The notes under the pieces were generated by a model. That model worked only from the letters and a program-made list of their open reading frames with translations, made no database searches and was not told where the DNA came from. A stretch of 63,341 nt of DNA, the filler included, from Kipferlia bialata (taxonomy: Eukaryota): the NCBI GenBank assembly GCA_003568945.1. It is 7 parts of 6 records of this genome, joined end to end, with 100 filler letters (N's around TTAATTAATTAA, not from the genome) between each part and the next. Parts side by side here need not be neighbours in the genome. Positions count along the whole stretch, not along the records: positions 21,948 to 32,820 come from BDIP01001342.1; positions 32,921 to 43,780 come from BDIP01001343.1; 5 more parts are not named here. One strand, 5' to 3'. The translations under genes were made by a program, and so were the position numbers. Positions 23,808 to 37,588 of the stretch are shown here, piece by piece (the first letter of the stretch is position 1; each line of letters starts with the position of its first letter).

Positions 23808-26800
23808 AGTGTGGAAGGGGGTCGGCATGCCTGGAGAGTAAGAAGATAGATATCTGCTATATAGATATGTATCTGCTATATAGATATGTATCTGCTACAT
23901 ATATATAATATATATATATAGGGAGAGATACATACTAACAGTGTGGAAGGGGGTCGGCATGCCTGGAGAGTTAGGAGAAGAGGAAATATATACCACTAAT
24001 TAGTCAGTTGACATAATAGATATATACGTACTTGTGCCCGAAATGGAGTAGAACCTGAACGGCTCAGCATTGGTCACTGGATCATCTCTCTCCTCCTGTC
24101 TCTCTCCCTCAACTCCAGCCTTTAAGGGTCTAGCAGTTATTGGGGACTGTCCTGTGTGTGTACCGTTGGGGTGCATCGTTAGGACAGCCCTCTCCTCTCT
24201 CTCCTCTCTCTCTCTCTGAGTATCTCCCCTCTCTCCCCCTCTCTCTGACATGTATCCTCTGCACACGACAGTAGAGGTCTCGGGGGTAGGGGGTACACTT
24301 GGACACTGGAATTAACGGCTGCAACAATGAATACACAGGAGAATGAATACAAAGTAGTAGTCTCCACCCTACCTGTGGTATCAGCAGGGGCTGCAGTTCC
24401 ATATATACCAAGTATGATGAGTCTATCTACATATATACCGATAGTACTGTCCATATATCTCCCTACCTGTGGTATCAGTAGGGGTGGTTGCAGTGTCATA
24501 TAAACTTAGTATGATAAGTCGGACTATACAATAATCAGATAGTATTCTCTATCTACCAACCTGTGGTATCAGGAGTGGTGGCTGCAGTGCCCTATCTCTG
24601 GCAGTCCACATGTCTTCCTGGGGGAAATAGAGCTAAATGAATATTAAGACTCATCCTGGTTATTAATATTAATACAAGGAATAGAATATGGACATGTATT
24701 CTATTAGAGTACACAATACAACTTCATAGTCCACATGTCCTCCTGGGTGTTAGGGATGTTATTGCATGGCAAAAGATTCTCCTAGAGTACACTATATAAC
24801 GACATACATACATTGTAATAGAGTGTGTAGTAATAGCCCTGTCCTTAGAAGTCCACATGTCCTCCTAGAGATAGATAGGTGTGCTGACACTTCGAGATGG
24901 AAAATACAATGGATACTGCCAAGCCAACTACTGTAGTTATATAGTTATGAGATGAGTAATTACTCAATCAACCATACATGAATATAAATGACATAAACAA
25001 TTACGCAAGCGACTCTTCCTACTCCAAAGTACCTTGTGACCAAAGAGCCAGTGCTCAGGAGTGCCTGAATGTGAGAAGTAACTTTCGGGGTAAGTGTGTG
25101 GGAACGTTTAGTGAGTATTTATGTACTGTATGGCTAGGTGTGTCATTCTTGTGTGCAGGTCCCTAAGTATGAGACACAATGAATACATAATCAATACTAA
25201 TCAATACTATACTATATATATTGCATATACTATACATGCCTGGGAGTGTCATCCTTGTGTGCTCTCAATCTATAAAATATGCATATATTCAATATATACA
25301 CACTGTATATAACTCTCCACATACTCTCTCTATATATACTATATATACATACCTGGCAGTGTCATCCTTGTGTGGAGGTCCCTCAGTCTGGCAGGTCTTA
25401 CACACTCATGGGGGCCTAGAGTCAGACATGTATATGTACAATAGAGTATACAGCTATCAACACAAACAAAATAGCTAAATGCAATGTAGAAATACCTGCC
25501 ACTGCCCATGGGTACATGTCCATATGTCCATATATTCATGTACCATACACACACACACATATATATAGATACATTGATACAACAGATTTAAGTATCATAC
25601 CTGCCACTGCCCATGGGTACATGTCCACTGTGTCTGACAGGGTGGAGAGGGGTCTGCGCCTCTGCCTCTTCTGAGGGTAAGTATACACAAACCTATGTAT
25701 ACATTTACAATAAATAACTAGTGTATCTGTAACTATTAATATACTATATATGCATCTGTACCTTGATGTCTGGGACTGCCCTTGCCTCTGAGAGATATAC
25801 AGTATTTGTATGTATTATACAATATCACCAATATATAGTATATAGTTACTTCATAATACAGTATATAGTATGCCCACCTTGATGATGATGTCTGGGACTG
25901 GCCTTGCCTCTGAGAGGTATATACATATATATAATTAGTATACAATAATAGTATAGTATATAAATATATTGAAATATATTGATAGTATCTCATTACTAAC
26001 ATAAAGAGTATATATATATATATGTCTATACCTTGATGTTGATGTCTGGTACTGGCCTTGCCTCTGCCAGCCACAGCCTGGTCTGCTGGGGGGTTAGAGA
26101 GAAGATAAGCAGGAGAACTGAGACAGATGACACAATATATCCCCCATTGTGTGGGTGGTAATCTAGGTGGGTGTGTAGGTGGCATGTGTAAATATATACA
26201 TACCTTGAGTATGTCTGCCCTGACGTTGACTGTGGCACTCTCCCCCTCCCTCTCCCTCTCTGCTGCATAGACTACAGTGGAGGACCTAGTCACGGTGGAG
26301 GAGACCTATAGGGTGAGGTATACCTACAGAGGCACATGAGTTTATACATAATACAACATATACATACCCCAATACCTGTGGGGGTGATGGTGGCACACAT
26401 GCTGATGGGAGGAGAGGGGGTGAGGCATACTGGTGGAAACAGGGGGTCTGGTGGGTGAGTGAAACTGTATACACATGAGAGAAACATTTATATATATACC
26501 TCTGTCTGCCCCTCCGTGTATGTTCCGTTCCACCTCTCTCTCTCTGCCTCTCTCCCTCTCTCTCTCTATAGATATCTCTCCCTCAACATATATCAATCCA
26601 TATATATACCTCTGTCTGCCCCTCCGTGTATGTCCCGTTCCACCTCTTGAGTCTGTCCACACTGCTATTGCCGCAGATGCCTGGTGGTAAATAGACTATA
26701 TCCTCTCCACTGGTAGAAATACACGCATAGCGATATATATAGACTCCATCGTGATCTATAACATCATCATGTATAATATTCTCTCCAAAATCTCCCACAT

Positions 26801-29800
26801 ACTAGTAGAATATTCATACATTATTCATTCCTCACTACATATATATATAAATAATAATATACATATATAAATAATTATCTATAGTGCACACAGATATGAA
26901 CATGTATACATATACACCTGTCTCTGGCATGAACCCTGGCAGTTCCCCCACATACTATATTTATACATGTATTATACAACGTATACTACATATTCACACC
27001 TAACTAGAGTGACATGATATCGTGTACAACTAACCTGTCTCCGGCATGAACCCTGGGAGCTCCCCCACATACTGCACCCAGTGCACACCCAGGTGCCTCT
27101 CTCTCTCTCTCTCCCGCTCACTCACTTCTGAGGGGTTAGACTCCTAGTACATGTATGTAGCATATATGTAAATACATTATACATCAATGCTATATACCTG
27201 ACAGATCGGATGGGTTGACCACAATCATCTCCCCCTCTCCCTCTCTCTCCCTATCCCCCTCCTCACCCTCTCTGTCACTCAGAGGAGATGCACTGTCACA
27301 CTCCCCCTCCCTCTCCCTCCCCCTCTCCCTCTCCCTCTCTCTGCTCTCTGTAGTCACCCTCCTTGCCCTCTCCTCCTCATCGGACACGGCCTGCTGGTAC
27401 ACCTGGTAGGCTCTATGATGTGAGAGAAGAATAAGGAGTTCTCTAGGATCCAACTAGAATACACATTTCACACTAATCCCTGGCGTTAGAGACAATACTA
27501 TATACAGTATCTATCTGTGGTAGAATAGTATCATACTATACCGCACCTCGCATTACTCCTCTTTCCCATTGCATTAACCGCCACACCCACTGAACCCTCA
27601 ATCACACCATTCAAGGCAATGAGCAGGGACCTAGGGTAAGTGCATGTATAGATACTAATACATATACTGGAGTGTCAGTCAAGCAATGACCAGTGAATAA
27701 CACCATTCAGGGCAATGAGCAGGGACCTAGGGTGAGATTATGACTAAAAACACTCTCTGATACTATTAAGTACCCTCATGAGTGAATCTATATTTACCAA
27801 TTGGCAATAAGCAGGGACCTAGGCTGAGAATAGTAACGTATCGACTACGCCAGTCGATTGACACATATATACCTCCTTATATCAATGGGTGCACTCATGA
27901 GTATACTTCTAGAGAGTGGACACAGCACAGCGGGGGTTAAGTACAAACATATATACACATATATCACATATGGGTTACTATATATATATATATATATATG
28001 ATTACCTCCTTATTCCAATAGGTGCAGCCATTAGTACTGATCTAGACAGTGGACACAGCACAGCCGGGGAACGCCTGACATACACCGACCTAGGAGTCAA
28101 ATTATTACGATCAAGTAATTACTAGGTGGCTATGCATATACTGATCTGGAATGCTAGAAGTCATACTCATAGAAGATGTTGGAGACCGCTACTCACTAAG
28201 TATATACACACTCACATTGGTATGGGCAGAGGACGGCCAGGTGCAATGTAGGGGACAGAGCCGGCCTGGGGGTGAGGCATAATACTCCATGACATGGGAT
28301 ACATATTGTACAACGTATATATAGAAGTATCAATACCTGAGACATTGGCTGTCTGAGTGCCTGTCCATCTATCATGTATCATAGTAATATACAAATATAT
28401 ACATGACCATACCTCTGTAATACAAATTCTACTCCATTAATGCGTATAAACACAATACAGTATACCATACCTGTGACATTGGCTGTCTGAGTGCCTGTCC
28501 ATCAATCATGCGCATGGTGAAGTTGTAGCTGAGGGGATGAGACAGAGATGGTATGAACTGGTACTACATATGGATGTATATGTATGTAGTCATGTATCAT
28601 ACCCGTGTGCACAGCATTGGTAGGCAGTGCACTCTGTATCATGTACCTAGGTAGAATATGCACACACATATATATATCTATCAATCTATCAATATGTAAA
28701 TACTAATTATCATATCCCTACATACATATACATATATACATATATTAAATAATGTATATATATGAATACCCCCTACCCGTGTGCACAGCACTGGTGGGCC
28801 AGGGCACTACACATTATATACATTATACATCAGTATATATGCGGAAAGGCAGTATGTATAGTATGTATATATATACTATGTATCCTACCCGTGTGCACAG
28901 CACTGGTGGGCCAGGGCACTCCCGCCCCAGGGGGTGCCTATGCACACCAGTCTGGAGTGAGGATAGTAACGATACAATGAGTATAAATACACCATGAACT
29001 ACCACGGTACCCTTTTCATACCAAGTCTGTGGGGGTACACACACACATACGCAAACAGGATATATACATTACCTCCGTATCCTGCCCACCCACTCTGGGT
29101 ATGCCCTGAGGAAGGTCTCAACAAGGAGACCACCCCTGGAGGTAAGACCGATAGATTATGGTATATATGTACTATATATCTATATAGTATACACTACTCC
29201 ACACTCACATGCTGTGACACACCAGGCTGAGCTGTCTGCCTGGGTTCAGGGACAGGGCAGTCTCTAGGACCTGAAGATTAGGTATCAACTATCCTATATA
29301 TACATATATACATTTACATATACTAGTAATAATGAATGCTCTCTGCCTGGGTTCAGGGAGAGGGCAGTCTCAAGGACCTGAGGGTTAGATGAATATATTT
29401 ACACTGTATAAAGTATATACACTATATGAATACATATAAGAAAATGAAAAGGCGCAGTGTCACTTCAAGGAGAGGGCAGTCTCAAGGACCTCAGGGTAAA
29501 GAGAGACAGGTACTAAAACCCACGATATACTATATACTATTTGTATACACCTACCTCCCTGAACCTACCCTGCACTGTGGGTGTGGTCAGGCGATACAGT
29601 GTCACATATATTTATACTAATATATACTTATATATAGTATGCTATATATGTATACCTCTCTGAACCTGTTCTGCACTGTCTGTGTGGTCAGGCCCTGTCT
29701 CCAGTCATAGGCAGCGGCAAAGAGGTCCTACAATAAGGGTCTATAGGGAGAGAGAGAGAGAGAGAGAGATGTCTCCAGTCATAGGCAGCGGCAAAGAGAT

Positions 29801-29962
29801 CCTGCAATAAGGGTGTAGATGGAGAGAGAGAGAGAGAGAGAGAATGTCTCCAGTCATAGGCAGCGGCAAAGAGATCCTACAATAAGGGTCTAGAGGGAGA
29901 GAGAGAGAGAGAGATGTCTCCAGTCATATGCAGTGGCAAAGAGATCCTATAATAAGGGTCTA

Positions 29963-29993
<31 letters not shown>

Positions 29994-31945
29994 GTCTCCA
30001 GTCACAGGCAGCAGCAAAGGGATCCAAGAGCAATGAGGAACCACTGTCTATATACAGATATGTATACAAGTACACACACATATATATATACATATACCTT
30101 CCCAGGCGTGTATCCCATGTCCTCGTAGTGTTGTATGATCTTGGCAAAGTACCCGCCAAAGCCAAAGCGGGAGATGAGACCACCCCTGGTCAGGCCTGGA
30201 GTGTGAGATGCACATATACAGATCAATCCTAGCCAACACCTCAACCAGTGTACGTGTAATAAGATAGTCAATACATATATGCACCTGATATAGCATCGAA
30301 CCCGTCGTTGTCTGGCTGGACTGTAAGTACTATACATCTATATATATACATAACACAAATACATATATGATGTAAGATGTACTCACCTGATATGGCATCA
30401 AAGCCATCGTTGTCAGGCTGGACTATACATATATATATGTGTGTGTATCCATAGACTATATAAGGCTTATATTACAAAGATACCTGATATTGCATCGAAC
30501 CCGTCGTTGTCTGGCTGGACTATCAGGTCCTCGCCACCTGGGAAGGGGTGGATGGTGCACTGGGGGTTAGTGCATGTATAGTGAGTGCATTCATGATAGC
30601 TGGATTGTCTATTACAATTAGGTTTTGTGCTGTATACGGAAAGGTGTGGATGGTGCACTGAGGTACGCATATACAAGTATGGAGATGTAGAGAGAGACCA
30701 TAATAATACAGTATCCGTCCACCTATCTCTCCCCCTATACCTTGTCGTTGTACCCCCACATCAGTCTCTCTCCTCAAGATACCATATACACATCTATATA
30801 TGTATATATATCTATACAATCCACCTCTATACCTTGTCGTTGTACCCCCACATCAGTCTCTCTCCTCTTGATACTCTTGATATATCCATCAATATACCCA
30901 TATCTATATATATCCACCTCTGTACCTTGTTGTTGTACCCCCACATCAGTCTCTCTCCTCTTAATACTCTTGATATATCCATCAATATACCCATATATAT
31001 ATATATATCCACCTCTATACCTTGTCGTTGTACCCCCACATCAGTCTCTCTGCTGACCGCTGGGTCTTGAAGGACACGACGCTGGAGTCAAACGAAGAGA
31101 TATATGCTAGGAAAGTGAGAAGGAGACTAGGGAGAGTACCATGTATATATAGATATGTATATATGATTATATACAAATATCTATGACCGCTGGGTCTTGA
31201 AGGACACGACGCTGCGGTGAGGAGGATAGTAGATGGTACATATATATATGGTATATATATATATAGGATTATATACAAAAATATATGACCGCTGGGTCCT
31301 GAAGGACACAACACTAAGGTGAGGGTAAGTATACAGTTAATAGAGAGAGATAGATGTTCATATCAGGACACAACACTAGAAAGTGAGGAGGAGAGTAGAT
31401 GGTACATATATATATAGTATATATATATATGATTATATACAAATGTCTATGGCCGCTGGGTCTTGAAGGACACGACGCTGGGGTGAGGGTAAGGAGAATA
31501 GTATGTATATATACATGAAAATGTTAATGCTCATATTCATAGAATGCACCATGATATATCTATATTCATACACCTTGTGGGTCTTGAAGGACACAACGCT
31601 GGGGTGAGGGTAAGTATACAGTAAATAGAGAGAGAGATGTTCATTTGCATACACAGACACATACTTACCATCACCCTAGATATACGTATATATGTATATG
31701 TATAATAGTATATATATACCTGTACTTGTCTGTGGATGTGTCTATCCATGCCACTGCACCCCCCTTGGTATGCAAGACACATCCTAATAACATATGCATA
31801 TATATATACTATATACATACATATATATACTATATACATATATATCTATACTCACCTGTACTTATCAGTGGATGTGTCTATCCATGCCACTGCACCCCCC
31901 TTGGTCTGAAGGACACTCCCACCGGCACCTGCCAATAAGGGTGTA

Positions 31946-31987
<42 letters not shown>

Positions 31988-32774
31988 CACTTGGTCTGAA
32001 GGACACTTCCTCCAGCACCTGATAATAAGGGTGTAGAGGGAGAGAGAGAGAGAGGGACACTTGGTCTGAAGGACACTCCCACCGGCACCTAGTAATAAGG
32101 GTGTAGAGGGAGAGAGAGAGAGGACGAGAGATAATCTATATCAATACCTGGCACCAGTATTGTTGTGTTCATAGGTTATGTTGTAGCAGAAATATATGTT
32201 TATATATCTACCTGGCACCAGAATGATTGGCTGTCTGGCAGGCACGGCCACCTCCCTCACATCCACAGTGTCTCTCTCTCCCTCTCCATCTCCCTCTCTC
32301 TCTTCACACTCTATCACTGGAGAGCCAGGACTCTCTCCCTCCCCCTCTCCCTCCCCCTCTCCCTCCCCATTCTCTCTGTCAAACTGGTGCTCTCCTCTCA
32401 GTAGAGTGACGGGAGAGCCAGTGGAGACACTGGTAGAGAGGGACTCTGAGGTTAAACAAACACACACATATGCCTATGAGAGATAGAGAGAGAGAAGAGT
32501 GACAGGGGACCCAGTGGTGAGACTACTATCTAAGGGTTAGGGACAGCATTACATAATTTATGAGAAGGAGAGAGACAGGGGAGGCAGAGAATGTACATGA
32601 TACACTGGTCTCTGGGAGTGAGAGGCACATAATATAGAGAGCTGAGAGATTACTAGAGCATGCACAGAGGTATATACACGTAGAGACATAGAGTGGGGGG
32701 GGGGGGTACTGAAACAGAGGAGAGAGAAAGAGAGAGAGACTATTCCCCTACCTAGTGGCTGGAGAGCCGAGGCA

Positions 32775-32780
<6 letters not shown>
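23808..32780 (-). CDS. LCAT/PLA2G15-like acyltransferase with large low-complexity insertion (partial, multi-exon)
   Basis: RQPIILVPG|AGGSVL.., GGYFAKIIQHYEDMGYTPGK|DLFAAAYDWR, LVCHSM|GGLL (nucleophile elbow), LVCIGTPWGGS, and FYSISGT|SMPTPFHT. The C-terminal Asp/His region is not seen. Confidence 0.8.
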
Positions 32781-32810
<30 letters not shown>

Positions 32811-32820
32811 AGGGGGGGGT

Positions 32821-32920
32821 NNNNNNNNNNNNNNNNNNNNNNNNNNNNNNNNNNNNNNNNNNNNTTAATTAATTAANNNNNNNNNNNNNNNNNNNNNNNN
32901 NNNNNNNNNNNNNNNNNNNN
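32821..32920. other. Artificial contig spacer
   Basis: N44-TTAATTAATTAA-N44. Confidence 0.98.
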
Positions 32921-33166
32921 AAACAGGAGTCCAAACAGGTGAAAATGCCGAGTCCAAAAATAAAGGAGCCCTATTAATCACACTGAGATACCTCTCTCCA
33001 CCCTCCATCTCTCCAAGCCAAACACAACACATACCTTGGAGCCTCTCTTCCTCTCTATCTTTACGTACTTATACTATACTCTACCTCTCTCTGAACCTTA
33101 GTCTCTCTCTTCTCTAGCTAGCCTCTAAATACTGTACTATACTTTACCTCTCTCCCTTACCTCCAG

Positions 33167-33626
33167 CCAGACCAGACACCACAGACGGTATACACAGACA
33201 TTGAGGGGAGCTTTTGGATAGACGATCTTACCGACAACATGTACGTCCCCCCTCTCTTCCTTTGTCTATCCTACACAATCTTGGTCAGTGTGTCATGATA
33301 TGTGTTTTCATTACCAGCCAAGTTGGCTGAGCCAACCCCCCCATTCACATGCCTCCTTCGATCTCTCTGACATCTAGGGACGAAGTTGTTGTTGTGCATC
33401 CCCCTCATCTATCTGGCGCCAAGTTGGCCTGTACAGGGACAACTGAGGTAATTATTCTAAGATATAAATACTATATCTCTCGCCCTCTCATGAATGGGCT
33501 CCCTCTCCCTCCCCCTCTTACCTTGACCCCAGCCACGCTACGATACCGTAAGTGTCTACTCCGCCCACTGCGACTCTGAGCACAACACATCACATCCAGT
33601 GTTGATCCAGACTTTCTCAGGTACAG

Positions 33627-33659
<33 letters not shown>

Positions 33660-36399
33660 TTCTCTCTGACCAATAGTGTTCCTGCCACCAATGTGTGTGT
33701 ACTGATTCTCTCTCTCTCCCTACCCTCTTATACCAGGTGTCTTCTCCATCAATCAGGACTTCGAATTCCCAGAGTACCCGACGTCGGTGGACCCCAATTG
33801 CTTCTACGTAGAGATGATTACTGACAACTCAAACTCGGATTTCACGGTACGTGTCTCTCTCTTCTTTTTCTTTCTCTCTCTACCCATCACTTGAGTCTCT
33901 CATACTCAGGGTCTCACGTGTGGGTATGTGTCCGCGGCATATAGTCAGGGAGCCACAACTGAGGTATTGGATGTCTCTGTGAGAGTCCACTTCTCTGTCT
34001 CTCTCTCTCTCTCTCTAGACTGTCATAACATAGTAATATGGAATATAGTTGTTTCTGGTATATTCATATGTCTGATGTCTTGATACTATCCCCAGGTCTA
34101 CACTGACCTAACCGGCTCCATTTCCAATGATGTGTACGAGAACAACATGTAAGTGCACAGATAGTGTTTTGTATTGGGGGTGGCTCCATTACGCATGCCT
34201 CAACGGTATATGAGAGATGCAGATATACATCTGTCTCCAACACCAGGGACGCCAGCTACATCGTATACCCACCCGACATGGTCTCCGCTTCACTCCACTG
34301 TACTGGTAACATAGAGGGCGGCGCCGATGAGGTATAGGTCTTTGGGTATCTCACTCTCTCTCTTGTACTCTCAACTTGAGAGTCTCAAGACATATATACT
34401 CTCACACTCTAGCTCCGCCTCTATACTGGACAGTGCGATGGCTCTGACAATGATGATCTGCAGTTCAATGATGCAACTCTAGTGCAGACATACTCAGGTA
34501 CATATATCTCGCCTCTTTACAATATTACACAACTTTGATACTGATACTGATACTAAGCCTAGTACTCTTCTATGGATTTCTAACACACAACACGTCTATC
34601 TTACCATTTATTTCAGGCTCCCTAGACATCAACTGGTCCATGCAGACAGATGGTGGGACTGACCACTGTTTCAAGCTTGAGATGGTGACAGACGCACACG
34701 GCTACCAGACCCAGGTATCTAATCTCTGTCTCTCTCTGGAGGAGCTCTCTCTCTTTCTGAACCCTTCGGTCCTGTGGTGTGGCAGTATCTTAATCCATCT
34801 ATCTTCCTCTCTCTCTCTCCCTCCACCACATCTCTCTCATCGAACAGAGCTTCACCTGTGACTACGTCGCCACGGCTGGTACTCCGTATGTCCCTCCTGC
34901 TGTGACTAGAGAGACCTTCCTCTTCACAGCTACTAGTGGCACCATAGAAGTGGACAAGTACCTCGACAACCAGTACGGATACCATCTCTTTCTTTGCTTC
35001 TCTCTCTTTCCCAATCTGCATTACCCAGTGTGCCACATATGTACTACTACTAGGCCTAGTCTCACTTCTACTTGCACTCGCATCCACTCTATGTCACACT
35101 GGTTCCCTATAGCACGCTCTCTGTCCTACTCTCTGAGAGAGTAGTACTCTCTCTCTCTGCTCATCTCAGACTCGATACCTTCCTCGTCTTCCCAGGAGGC
35201 ATGAGATGTGCGTCGGTGACGTGCTCAGGAAGCACTGAGCAGGGGTATGACTTTGTGGAGGTGTGTCAGAACACTAGACGTACTATATTCTCTATGTTAT
35301 CACGTCATTCTCTCTCTCTCTACTTCTTCTTTCTTCTCTCTCATATATTAGCTCTACAAGGCCCAGTGCTCGGATGCCATGCCTGATACCTACACCTCCC
35401 AGACCCTTGTAGAATCAGACTCTGGAAGCATCTACATTGATGAGGTATGTGATCCTTGTCTGGCAGTCAAATTGGCACTCTCTGTGTATCATCGCATCCT
35501 TATCTGTTTCTATATTGGCGTGGTATATATGTAGTAATTAAATATATATAATACAACACTGATCATTTATACAGTTGTATGTGTAGGCAGTAGCGACCTC
35601 CATTATTCAGAGCATGTACGTCTATCACGCTATCGGCTGGTCGAGATGACAGCTATTTACTAATCCTCTCTTGCCTTTACCTCATATCCCACCACTAACA
35701 CAGTACATGGAATTCGATGACACCTACAACTGTTTCTATGTCCAATTGGAGACAGATTCCTCCATCAGTGATTACTCGGGTTTCACTTGCGATTACCAGG
35801 TAAGTACGCTCGTCAGACGGCAGATGTATACTCCAGACACGTTTGTCTCTATATGTGATATATTTTTACACCAATACATACTTCTCGTCCCCTACACACT
35901 ATTATATATGCTGCCCATACATGTCTCTCTGTTACCTCAGGCTTCACGTCCACTCTTCCTGCTGCCCACATTCCTTCTAGTGCTGTCTCTGGGTGTAATG
36001 GTCACTGCCGCCCTCCTGTGCTGCTGTTGCTGTAGATGCTGCGCCGTCAATCGGTACAAGAGGGTACGGCCTCCACATAAATGTCTTTCTCTCTCTCTCT
36101 ATCTCCCTCTTTGTCTCCATAGTCTCTTAGTATCAGAGGCCTCATCTCGTCATCTAGTTCATATGTAACTATAATACTATATGTCCTCATCCTAGGCACA
36201 GAGCAAGGCTGGCCTCTCTCCAACCAATGTGGTGTTAGTACCAGGGCAGTCACGCCAACCTGTGACCACGCCTGTCACCCTCACCCACAACCTGTACCAG
36301 AACGCTCCCTACACCAGCATGCCTCAAGGGAACGCTGTCCTAGTCAACGGGAGTATCTACTCACAGCAAATCCCTAGCATGTATCAGCGCAGTTACTAG
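33167..36399 (+). CDS. Type I membrane protein with three CUB-like repeats, a TM helix, a Cys string and a cytoplasmic tail (5' end uncertain)
   Basis: Three repeats of GS/T..D...NM..C.G..E...D.V.LY..CF.VE..TD.S....F.C.Y, followed by LFLLPTFLLVLSLGVMVTAALLCCCCCRCC and a tail ending YQRSY* (TAG 36397-36399). Confidence 0.7.
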
Positions 36400-36692
36400 A
36401 GACTCTAGACTAGAGTGACTCTGTTATCTAGTAGAGTCTGATCTTATAAGGGGAGAGGGAGGAAATGAGACGCTGTAAAGTGTCCTAGACAGTGTTCGAT
36501 TCCTCTTTCTCGGAATATTAGTTGTAGTCATTGTTCTGACACATTTGTTGATGGCAATAGACTACCTTGTGTCTCGTCTGATTGATTCATCTTGTTCAAT
36601 GCACTATAGCTCTGTTCTGCATCCATTTCACAACGAGTATTTCCACAGATTCAATATGCCATAATGAACTCTGCACCTTCTGGTCTCATACG

Positions 36693-37557
36693 TTACTTCC
36701 TCTTCTTGATACAACTTTCCACAATTCCTCCTATCCGTCTCTGCCGAGTATCTGAACGCTAGAGTTAGAAATTCATTTCGTGTGTATTCTTTAACTATAC
36801 ATTTGTCCCTCAACTGGTTTATTACAGCAAATTCACACTCACCCATTACACACCATTGAAGCATAGTCGTAAATACCCACTTGCATCCCTACGTTCTCAT
36901 ATATCTATAACTGCTACAGTTACTATACACTCCTTGTCACCCCTACCTTTGCACTAAGTACCTTTCGGAGGTAGGAACGCCTGGTACACGGAGACAGTTC
37001 CTGCAATCAACAAAACAACGTATAGCCTAGTGGCAACAGATCAGGGTATCTTACAGACAGTTGGAGAGATAGAACACACCTGGAAGAACGCATATGCTGC
37101 CGGCTTAGCCTTGAGTGCAGCTAACATATCCTCTGGCAGCTCTAGGGTGGCTATATGAAGAGTGAGATCCCACTGGCCATTGGCCTTGCCTATGTCTGGG
37201 GGTGGGAAACTATTCTTGTTTAGTATAGATAGAGAGAGACATATGGTGGCCTTACTGCCTGGGGGTAAGAGAATATACATATATAATGTCGCACTCTTTT
37301 GGGGTGTGATATCGAATGGGTACTGTTTGGAATAGAGAGATATTAATATGGTGAGGATAAATATGAACGAATAGACCTAGTAGCATTGGCTTTGCATATG
37401 TCTGGGGTTGAGTATACTAATGCATGAGCGGAGTGGAGCGGTGTACTGTCACTACACTCACCTACACACTTTGTGCCATGGACAGTCATCCGTCCCTCCT
37501 TCTCCAGCTTGAGTACCCTATTGACATTGATCAGGCCCCACCTATGGGTCAGGTATA

Positions 37558-37588
<31 letters not shown>

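Noticed and set aside
26286..26303. LLHRD on the minus strand as the missing kinase catalytic loop
   Set aside because: It is followed immediately by TAG, the exon is open in another frame (VSSTVTRSS..), and it lies inside the LCAT gene.
4368..36695. Hexamitid-type genetic code (TAA/TAG = Gln)
   Set aside because: TAG and TAA end genes at expected C-termini (DPH7, YdeI, SET), and long exons have no in-frame TAR.
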